Origin: Macrostomum lignano | Taxonomy: Eukaryota | NCBI GenBank assembly: GCA_002269645.1 | Contig: NIVC01004960.1 | Span: forward strand, 1 to 30,057 | DNA length: 30,057 nucleotides | Reading direction: 5' to 3' | Shown here: piece after piece, positions 10,954 to 20,688 of the stretch | Position numbering within the stretch: position 1 is the stretch's first letter | Layout of the letters: every line of letters starts with the position of its first letter | Translations under genes and position numbers: made by a program | Notes under the pieces: generated by a model | Told to the model about the DNA's origin: nothing | The model's input: only the letters and a program-made list of their open reading frames with translations | The model's database searches: none

Positions 10954-13900
10954 GAACTGGCCTCGGAAGCATCGGGAGTTCGGTTTGCCCTGCCGGGCGA
11001 CTCGGACGCAGAGGAGGAGCCAGGCCGGTGCTTGCTGAAGAAGTCTATCAGCATCGATCCCTTCGATGTATCGTGCAAGGTGATGCTGGTTGGCGACAGC
11101 GGCACCGGCAAGACCAGCTTTATGCACCAGTTCAAGGACGCCAAGTTTCCCGGCAGCACTTTTATCAGCACGGTCGGGGTCGACTACAGGGTTCGCTGTA
11201 TTTTTGCACCTTCTTACTCTCAGTTCTTAAATCTTTTAAGACATACTAAGATGTGCGTCTCATGCAAATTAACTTAATAGATGATGGAGAACGATCTATG
11301 AGGTGCTATTTTTTCAGCGAGCATCTCGTTTCTTCCTGACGAGGTTTTCCCGTCCATTTTATGACGATGTTTCGGCGGCCTGGGGTATATATATGTCACA
11401 GCTTTTCTATTGCCGAGACTTCCCCATTGGAACCTTTCGAGCCAATTCATGTTTCATGCTGCTGAAATGTAGATACGTTAAAAAATTAAATCGGTCACAC
11501 TATAGTAGGGGCACTAACTTTTGAGGCTCATGGCTTCAAAGTGGTCCATTTAGCAGTTCCCTGCGCAGGTCAGTTCACTTAGCGCAAAGACAGCCCTAAG
11601 AGCGCGGTCATTCACCTGAAAGCCCCCCCCCCGGGACACACTTGCACCCTCCGGGCACTATGAGCCCACGATCGCAGAGCCCATGAGCCCATGAGCATAG
11701 TCTTTACAAATTCTATGCTTCAAGACTCGTACATGCAATCGTTTTGCAGCTTGGCAGCCTCCCAGATCCTCAGTCAGTAATTTATATATATGTTTATTCC
11801 AGAGCAAAACACTGCCAGTGGATGGCTACAGAGTTCGCTTTCAGGTAAAATATACGCTCGTACTTTTACAGTTCACTTTTAGCTCAATTAGAATAATTCC
11901 ATTTGCTCACTAAGCTAGGTTGACGAAATCTAGGCTGCTAGGTACGCATACGTATATGTTTCTACTGTATTGCCCAGGACTACGAGCTATTTCTGATGAA
12001 GAAACATGAAGTAAGAAAAATATAGAAGCTTCTAGAATGTGAATCATCTTTCTCTTAAGCAGATATTTATTCTTTCCACATTTTAAACCCAGAGAGCTGA
12101 AAACTTTGCGCTCATGCAATTGACCAACCATGCAGCACGTGTCCCATCTTTCAGGTCTGGGACACGGCCGGTACGGAGCGATATCGGAGCATCACCAGTG
12201 CGTACTACAGAGATGCTGACTGTGAGCATTGCAAACCGTTTCCTCTTTCACGCTCATGCGCAAGTGTATTGCTATCATGGAAATGTGAATTCCTACTTTA
12301 GTAGTTCCAAAGTGACAAAACCATTCGACTAGAGTTACGAGTAGTTAAAAAGTAAGCGTGATAAAAGGCAGCGGTCATTTGCTTAAATTCGAGTATTAAG
12401 AAGAACCGGCAGGTAGGCAAGAGGCTGAGATGGGAAGAATTAATTTAGACAAGTGCAGAAGCGAAAGCATAGGTCTGTTGAGTGACTGCATCAATAAAAA
12501 CAGTCTCAGTGAGCTGGAAGCTCTCAAACCGACTTTTTGCCGAGCACAGCTATTCTGCTATTCTACGATCTGACCAGCCGCCAGACATTCAGCAGTGTCC
12601 GCTCCTGGCTCACGGACATTCGCGAATACGGCTCTGAGGATGTATTCATCATTTTGGTGGCCAACAAGGCTGATCTGGACTCTGAAAGGCAGGTTAGCGC
12701 TCACGAAGGGCAGAGGCTAGCTCAGGTGGGTCACACAGGTTAATTCTGAGTTTTCAATCCAGAAAATCAAGGGGGTCATTTTGATTTCAACGCTGCCCAC
12801 AGGAGTGCGACATAATGTGCTTTATGGAGACGAGCGCCAGGACGGGGCACAATGTTGACCTCTGCTTCCAAACAATCGGACGGTAAGTTGCCTTTCTTCT
12901 TCTGCATAAATGCTCTTGAAAAGCGTGCTATAACGATTTCCACGTTAACTATGAAATTCAAGCCTTCACTGGTCCATCTCACCCAAGCTGCAGCGATCCG
13001 GACAAAGTAAATTTGTATTTATCAGCTTGAAATATCGGTGCGACGCATCGGTTTTCAGTTGGAGTTTTCAGTCATCACACGATCAGCATGATGGCAAATA
13101 CACGATCAGAATGATGGCAAATACACGATCAGCATGATGGCAAATACACAATCAGCATGATGGCAAATACACGATCAGCATGCTGGCAAATACACAATCA
13201 GAATGATGGCAAATACACAATCAGCACGATGGCAAATACACAATCAGCACGATGGCAAATACACGATCAGCACGATGGCAAATACACAATCAGCACGATG
13301 GCAAATACACAATCAGCACGATGGCAAATACACAATCAGAATGATGGCAAATACACAATCAGCATGATGGCAAATACACGATCAGCATGATGGCAAATAC
13401 ACAATCAGCATGATGGCAAATACACGATCAGCATGATGGCAAATACACAATCAGCACGATGGCAAATACACGATCAGAATGATGGCAAATACACAATCAG
13501 CATGATGGCAAATACACGATCAGCATGATGGCAAATACACAATCAGCACGATGGCAAATACACAATCAGCACGATGGCAAATACACAATCAGAATGATGG
13601 CAAATACACAATCAGCATGATGGCAAATACACGATCAGCATGATGGCAAATACACAATCAGCATGATGGCAAATACACGATCAGCATGATGGCAAATACA
13701 CAATCAGCACGATGGCAAATACACGATCAGAATGATGGCAAATACACAATCAGCATGATGGCAAATACACGATCAGCATGATGGCAAATACACGATCAGC
13801 ATGCTGGCAAATGCACGATCAGCATGATGGCAAATACACGATCAGCATGATGGCAAATACACGATCAGCATGATGGCAAATACACGATCAGCATGCTGGC

Positions 13901-14573
13901 AAATGCACGATCAGCATGATGGCAAATACACGATCAGCATGATGGCAAATACACGATCAGCATGATGACAGCTCAATTTTAGTGCACTACTGAATTCACC
14001 AATTACTCACTATGACTCACTCTTGGCTTAGGCAGCTGCAAAAATATTTCTGCACAGCTCTACTATCGCTAATGCAACGACGAACACAAAAACAGGCTGT
14101 CACAAAGGTTTGATATTGTAGCAGCGCCCGCAGGACCCGCATATGCTCAAGGCTTATGTTCCAGGCTGATGCAGAAACTCAGCGAAATAGATGTCACTTA
14201 ACCAGTGCATCAGAAATCAACTTGCCTCATGGGATCTGATGGTGCTAGTAAGGTCAGCTTCTGAATGTGGTTTGAATGGCTTCGCAAGGCTGAGGGGAGG
14301 AGGCTATGGCTGGTAGCTTTTGTTGTAAACGAAATCATGAAGAAATGTTGAAAAAAACAAACTTCGTTGCTTTTTTATTCCCTATTATACCCCGTTATTA
14401 ATAATTCCCCAAGATCTAAATAGCGGCGCTGATGGATTGAAACTTGACTTATCAATTCAATGATCTTCAGGAAGCTTCTGGCAAAGCAAAACTTCCAAAC
14501 CAGCGGCTCGATCGCCCAGGCGGACTCGCGGCACCAGAGCGGTCACCGGCCAGCGTCCTGCGGCTACTGCTAG
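10954..14573 (+). CDS. RAB26: Rab26/Rab37-like small GTPase with switch-II Q>T; start exon not identified
   Basis: Exons ~10954-11190, 11803-11844, 12155-12221, 12550-12725, 12803-12882 and 14471-14573, all GT-AG and phase-compatible. Motifs: GDSGTGKT, FISTVGVDYR, WDTAGTERYRS, NKAD, ETSAR; C-terminus ...HRPASCGYC*. The 'FKD..F...TFISTVG.D.R' segment and intron positions resemble Rab26/37. Confidence 0.92.
13077..13967. repeat. 23-bp minisatellite, 39 copies, with higher-order structure
   Basis: Unit ACAC(G/A)ATCAG(CAT/CAC/AAT)GATGGCAAAT in the last Rab intron. It explains the spurious ORF 13157-13390. Confidence 0.98.
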
Positions 14574-15348
14574 GCGGCTCATTGATGCTGAAAAACTGCC
14601 ATTTTATCAAAACATTCCTGATAAAGTCGCTCTTTATATTGTCGGGGTCTGATCATCCATGCCTTTTACAAACAGTTTATGGACTCGGAGCAGCTTTGCT
14701 GGCTCTTTGATGCCTTTTCATTTCTCTGTATAATTAGTGGCGACACCGGGGTAATCTTTAATAGCTGAAATTTTAATACTGCTCAAGCTCTAGGACGCAT
14801 TATAAAATGTAATTAACCTGTCAAAAAAACTCAAATCAGTTGTGAAGCCGAAGTCATTTTTGTAGCCTCCACTTCGGTGAACCCAATTTTCTAATTTGCC
14901 ATTTCAGAATCAGTTTCCTATGACTAGTCTTCAATCTTAGTGAAATCTCACTTATTGGTAAATAGGCGTGCAGCAGTGTCTCAATTATTCTTTGAAGAAA
15001 TTAGAAGGGCCCTAAATGTAATGAAGGACATGAAAGACTTTAATTAATAATGTCAAAGATCAAACGGTTTCAGAATTGGTGAAAAATTAGAGATTCTCTC
15101 AGATGCTGGCGATGTCTTGGTTGGCTACTAGGTAACGAGAGTAGTTCAGATGTCCAAAATTCTCTGAAAAATGTTCTGCTCAGGACTGATTGATCTGCCC
15201 TTTACTTAGAGCCATGTATGGGTTTGCCTTCCGAAGCACATACGGAATGCTCCTGTCACCAACATGTGTATGAGAGGACCTTGAGAATTTTTCCAGGCAT
15301 TCAAAACCTACAAAAGCCTGATTACTTTTTGCCTAGCTTTTAATTAAG

Positions 15349-16046
15349 TAAACTGAGTCTGGGAGACAGGTGTGAGTAGTCATCTACTCAAATCCCAGTA
15401 AACTGAGTCTGGGAGACAGGTGTGAGTAGCCATCTACTCAAATCCCAGTAAACTGAGTCTGGGAGACAGGTGTGAGTAGCCATCTACTCAAATCCCAGTA
15501 AACTGAGTCTAGGAGACAGGTGTGAGTAGCCTTCTACTCAAATCCCAGTAAACTGAGTCTGGGAGACAGGTGTGAGTAGCCATCTACTCAAATCCCAGTA
15601 AACTGAGTCTAGGAGACAGGTGTGAGTAGTCATCTACTCAAATCCCAGTAAACTGAGTCTGGGAGACAGGTGTGAGTAGCCATCTACTCAAATCCCAGTA
15701 AACTGAGTCTGGGAGACAGGTGTGAGTAGCCATCTACTCAAATCCCAGTAAACTGAGTCTGGGAGACAGATGTGAGTAGTCATCTACTCAAATCCCAGTA
15801 AACTGAGTCTGGGAGACAGGTGTGAGTAGCCATCTACTCAAATCCCAGTAAACTGAGTCTGGGAGACAGGTGTGAGTAGCCATCTACTCAAATCCCAGTA
15901 AACTGAGTCTGGGAGACAGGTGTGAGTAGCCATCTACTCAAATCCCAGTAAACTGAGTCTGGGAGACAGGTGTGAGTAGCCATCTACTCAAATCCCAGTA
16001 AACTGAGTCTGGGAGACAGGTGTGAGTAGCCCTCTACACAAATTCC
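15349..16046. repeat. 50-bp minisatellite, ~14 copies, each unit palindromic
   Basis: Unit TAAACTGAGTCTGGGAGACAGGTGTGAGTAGCCATCTACTCAAATCCCAG, period exactly 50 from 15349 to 15999, last copy degenerate. Lies between the convergent Rab and P450 stop codons. Confidence 0.98.
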
Positions 16047-16404
16047 GACTTAGTAGATATAAAAGTGACAGATTTTAAGTTCACACGTACAGTTTCACTT
16101 ACCGAAAACATGAGCCGTAGCTGAAATTCCTTTTTATTGCTTTAACTACTGAACTAATATAGACGTCTATAGTAAAAAACAATATCTATATAAAATGCTA
16201 TAGCCCTTCTGCTGCTTACTCTTTTACATGACAAACCAGAACAGGAAATGAATAGTAACAAGATAATTAACACCTATATCGTAAAAATATGGCGGAACAG
16301 AAGCAAAGGGAGGGAGATAAGCAATACCTGGCGCAATTAGTTCAAAATATTGGGCTCAGCTCTGATTGATTTTCACATGAGGCTAGTGAAAGAGCCGCGT
16401 CACA

Positions 16405-18666
16405 CTAAAGCGTAAATGTCGCTCTCATCTGCTCCCTGGCCTGGAACTGAAAGACAACGTCCTCCGTCCAGGGCAGAATATCAACGCAGAAGGCGCTGGC
16501 GTCAACCTGAGCGCCTGTGCCTTCATCAGCGCGAATGCGGCACCGGCTCAGCAGCAGCACCAAGAACAGCTTAAGCTTCAACAGCCCGAGGCGCCGGCGA
16601 GGCCACAGACAGCCGAACGGCAGGGCCAGGAGCTCCGCATGCTGGGTCTCAAACAGAAAGCGCTGCGGCTGGAACGCCTGTGTGGCACAATGGACGGGAA
16701 TTCGCATTTCTGTACGGCAATAAAAGACTTTGTTGAAGCACACTAGAAATCATCCCAGTTAGGATTGAATTCGTTCTACGATACTTCAAGTGGGATTCAA
16801 GGTGTCGTGTCATTGCTGCCGCCAAGGAGATCGGAGTGTGCACTGTAAGGTCTGAACGACATCTCAAAAGTTCTGCTTTTGACTTCGAGACTCTACAAGT
16901 AGACCACCACCCTTACGTACGGCACCAACCCTCCTCCCCTGAATAAGTAACTTAGCAGACCGTATTTTAAGCTTAGCAAACCACACCGGATTATGATCTT
17001 CTATTCCAAAAGAATGAGATGACTTTAGATTTTTAAGATCTGAATGCTGCTAAATAGTTCGCTAGCTTTTTTACTAATAGCCATATCGAAGCGAATGTCA
17101 AAAGTAATCACTAATCTTAAGCTAGTACTGAGTGATTTAGACCCAGAATAACTAACAACATAGATCTATGTTCACCTGCACTTTCAATACTAACAGCCAA
17201 AAACTCACCTCTGGATTTTTGAACAGACTGGGGTCCATGTTCAATGAACGAAGCAGCACCCCGATCTCTTCACCGCTGTGCAAGCAGATGCCCTCAGAGT
17301 TCTTATGCGTCTGCAACAACAAGTCAGTTCCAGCTCTGAAGCTAACGAACTGCCCCGACGTGAGCCGGTAAACTTCTTTTACGAAGGCCTCTGAAATGAA
17401 AAGTTGACTCTGAGCTTCGCGAAATATTCAATAGAATCAAAGCAAGTGCCACCCACCAAGAAATGGCATCTCATCAAGCTCCTTGAGCGTCAATCGCCGA
17501 AATTCGTGCGGTCTTGCTGCGGTCGCCATGGAATCGATCTCGGCTAACAGGCTCTCCTGCACGGCTGTGTGAGATATGAGATAGTGAATTGCCCAGAAAG
17601 CTGCTTTCTTAGCACTGTAGTCGCTATAGAGACAGTTGATGCTGCAGCCGACAAAGGCTCTCCAAGACTTATTTGGATCTGGAAAATACATGAGTTAATT
17701 TTCTGAGATAACAAATAAAGCTATTGCTGCTAGTTTAGATTGGAGGTGTGACTTGTATTGGTCAGACCCGGTTTCCATGCTGTTCTGTTCCCTGTGCCAG
17801 TGTCTATGCTCATAGCGTTTTGGTTAGGACAGGCACTGCTGTTCTGTTCCCTGTGCCAGTGTCTATGCTCATAGCGTTTTGCTTAGGACGGCCGATATAT
17901 GGTAAATCAAACAGTCAACAAGCAGTTGCACGCACTCTTTAGGGCTCTGTTGAGTAAATCCTTGAAATGATGACATGGCTCAGCGGCAGCCAGCTCCTGG
18001 GCTGTCGGGTGCAGGCGATAGAGATTCTCCCAGGCTTTGTCCAGGTCGGCTTTACCCAATTTTGCTTGACTACCGGAAGTGCCACTGAAGAATGTCACAA
18101 AACCTTTTTCAAGCTCATGCAACGCTGCGTCCACAGCGTACGAGTGGAAGCGATGGTCCCGCTCGATTCCATAGATGCTGCAGATCGAGGAACCAAAGAA
18201 AGTATCCACGACAAAATAGGCTGCACTCTCTGGCGACCAGATATCCAAGAAGCTTCCTGAGCCGGCGCAGCGGACCCGCAGCATGCTGTCAACTTTGCTC
18301 GCGAAATTTCGCAGCTCCTCAAGAGCTCCTCTACCAGCTCCGATGCCAGCTCCGAGTCCATCGGCGGCATCAACGTCTGAGGCTGTGTCGCACCTGAACA
18401 CTTTTGCTCGTATTTTCGGGAGCAGTGGATGGATGAGTGGAGTGCGGTGATCTTTGGCAGCGTCCAACATCCAAGTCATCAGCTCCGGTGTGAGCACTAA
18501 ACCAAGTTTCTCTGTACGCTTGGAGCTGGGATAGGACACGCGCACCAGGTCTCCAATGTCTGAATGCGCTTGATGTAGCTTATTTAGTGCACCGGGATGA
18601 AGGCCCCAGCCATCTTTTGCGAACACTTCTGTCTCGATGCCATCCTCAGCCAGGCTTTGGTCTAAC
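16405..18666 (-). CDS. Cytochrome P450-fold protein (CYP7/8/39-like) with non-canonical heme motif; no start codon of its own
   Basis: Exons 18666-17936, 17678-17457, 17390-17209 and 16677-16405 are phase-compatible (2/1, 1/1, 1/0, 0/stop) and give ~469 aa without internal stops. Motifs: I-helix region ...DYSAKKAAFWAIHYLISH, K-helix KEVYRL (ExxR), DPSLFKNPEAFQPQRFL (PERF-like), LPFGCLWPRRRLGLLKLKLFLVLLLS (heme loop/L-helix). Confidence 0.9.
17778..17889. repeat. Two-copy tandem duplication (59-bp period) in P450 intron
   Basis: tgctgttctgttccctgtgccagtgtctatgctcatagcgttttg(g/c)ttaggac at 17778-17830 and 17837-17889, one mismatch. Confidence 0.95.
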
Positions 18667-18703
18667 CTGTTTGTTTGTTAATCAGTTAGATGTTTACGAG
18701 ATA

Positions 18704-20688
18704 TCATAAAAATTGGTAAATGAAAATCTCAATAATCTGATCCGATTGATACGAAATATGAGAGCCTACACACTGAATGAAGTGGCTAAAGCCTGGTTGA
18801 AGAATCAACCAGGTATCGTGTATGAAAATCTTTTTCCTGGGGTCATAAGTCAAAGCCGCATAGACAAAGAAAGAAAAACCAAGTCGTAAATGCACCAACT
18901 CTGTTTTGCTGGTGTTGATAACCGCCTCACAGAACTGGATGTCTGCCGAGGTGGCGGCGGCAGAGATGCACATTGGCTGGCCCGGGTGAGCCGCGGGCAT
19001 TGATGCGCACCGGGCCCGAGGCTGCGTAGGCATCTTTGTCGCCATGTGCAGTGGCGGCGGCGAGACCGAATCTGCCAGTGGCATGGCATTCTGCGAGATT
19101 GGCTTTGAAAGCTTTCCGAATGGTGCTAAAGAAATAGAGTCAGTATCGCTGGTTGTACTGCTTCTGGGAGCAAAAGACCGAGCAACGTTGCTGGATGCCG
19201 ACTGATTTACGAGAGCACGCTTCCGAGCTCTAGCCAGGCTTTCGAGTTTTTCGTTTGAATAGCTGACAAATATAATGTCTCCATCGTGTAGCTGGAGGCT
19301 GTCCGCCGTTGATTGATTTGAGATTTCCATCCACGGAACTGCATCTAAATGTGAAAACAGGACTGTTTAGCACAAGTTTGTCTGTCATCCACTTTTTTAA
19401 CTCTCGATTCGGGGACACCAGTCTAAAAAATGGGTAGATTGGGTCCATAGTTCTGGAGGTTGTATGGTAAATGGTAAATTGTGTCTGTGTTTTTTGAAGC
19501 AGACAAGGGTAGATTGTGTCTATGGTTTTGGAGGCAGACAATGGTAGATTGTGTCTATGGTTTTGGAGGCAGACAATGGTAGATTGTGTCTGTGGTTTTC
19601 GAGACAGACAATGGTAGAATGTCTCCGCCTTGGGCCTGGTTGAACGCAGAGGGTGCCTCTTCTGGCGTGGTGCACACGAATTTGAGCACAGCTCCGCATC
19701 ACTCGAGTTTTCAACGTTGAAGTGCCCAGAGCCCCAAGTACTATGTTAAAATTTCGTAGCTATTTTTTGCTTGTCAATCTTAAATGTCTTCTATTTTTTT
19801 GTTTTCGCACCGCAATCTTCATTGTTATGTGACGTGACTCAATTTGTGCGACAAGTAGTGAAGTAAAAAATGAACTTTAATATACTACTTCAGTATAATA
19901 TAATTTAAAGTAAGTTTAATAATATGCCATGGCTCACAGCTTACCGTCACTATGGTTTCCAAATATGTCGCCAAAGCCAGGCATGCCGTAGAAGCCGTCC
20001 AAACACAGTTTAAGAGCCTCACTTGTCGAGCCGAGCCCGAAGCGGCAGCAAAGACCTCGCAGAAGACAACCAAAGGGAACTCGTCGGTGCATTCGAACTC
20101 GCAGCTGAACAGTCCACAGCGACAAGTTTGAGTACGCTTCGCTCCCGTGGAACCGGCCAAGGCGCACAAACTGCCACAAGTAGTTCTCGTAATTGTGCTT
20201 CCTGACGCACAGCCAGAGGGTGACACTGTGCGCATCCCGACGAAGGCTCGTGGCCTCAAAGGACTGTCGCAAAGTCTTCTGGCAGCCGTGCAGGAAGCCC
20301 GGCTCTGGCTGTGGCCGTAGGCGGGTTTCTCTGGTTAGAAGCAATCTAAACCACTGGCACTGCGCGAGACTAGTAAGCTCTAGTAGTAGTTAGGAGTAGT
20401 TCTTGATTCTTGAACACTATATTTAAATGGCTTTACTATTCGCAGTCTCATTTTAGGCCTACAGTGGGCGTGAGTTGCGTATATTCAGGAGATTTTAAAA
20501 AGCCTCACCACTGGAACAGGACTTGAGCTCGCCGGTAGGGCGGTGGAAGAGTTATTTCGAGACCGCTGTGGTCCCGCTCTGCTGCAGTCACTGTAGATGC
20601 ACTTTTTCCACTCGCTATCGATTTCGAAATCGATAAAGATCTGATCGGAAGCAAGCTCTTCTGCAGCCGGTTCGGATGGATTAGACAT
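18704..20688 (-). CDS. Protein with integral SUMO/ubiquitin-like (Rad60/NFATC2IP-SLD-like) domain; 3' end may splice into the P450
   Basis: Exons 20688-20509 (ATG; GTG|GTGAGG), 20359-19945 (cgcgcag|TGC; G|GTAAGC) and 19344 onward (cacatttag|AT) are phase-compatible. Spliced sequence VQLRVRMHRRVPFGCLLRGLCCRFGLGSTSEALKLCLDG...MEISNQSTADSLQLHDGDIIFVSY follows the beta-grasp pattern (F/L.....L.......G......L..DG..I....T...L.L.DGD.I.V). The frame stays open to TGA at 18706-18704. Confidence 0.7.
19466..19624. repeat. Degenerate 35-bp tandem repeat (~4.5 copies) in intron
   Basis: AGACAATGGTAGATTGTGTCTATGGTTTTGGAGGC at 19501, 19536, 19571 and partial at 19606, plus decayed copies upstream. Confidence 0.9.

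Noticed and set aside
11500-11702. Small element with gctcatgg/ccatgagc inverted motifs in Rab intron 1
   Set aside because: Inverted matches are too short and no TSD is visible.
13157-13390. ORF MMANTRSACWQIHNQNDGKYTIS…
   Set aside because: Translation of the 23-bp satellite inside an intron.
14032-14113. Alternative Rab last exon (RQLQKYFCTALLSLMQRRTQKQAVTKV*)
   Set aside because: Phase-compatible but with a weak acceptor and no C-terminal Cys. Exon 14471-14573 fits much better.
14985-15040. FEEIRRALNVMKDMK as a LINE RT N-terminal piece
   Set aside because: Too short, and the following KAPG.D motif is missing.
15207-15308. Minus-strand 'TGAFRMCFGR' as an alternative P450 heme exon
   Set aside because: No PERF or FG motif and a stop right after. 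The exon 16677-16405 supplies PERF-like, PFG and L-helix sequence in the correct phase.
15349-16046. CRISPR array (palindromic repeats); same idea for 6586-7065 and 13077-13967
   Set aside because: Units are head-to-tail with no unique spacers, no cas genes are present, and the context is eukaryotic.
16390-16945. Long + strand open frames (…RPQTAERQGQELRMLGLKQKALRLERLCG…; LEIIPVRIEFVLRYFKWD…)
   Set aside because: The first is the antisense shadow of the P450 last exon. The second has no start, no credible splice sites and no recognisable domain.
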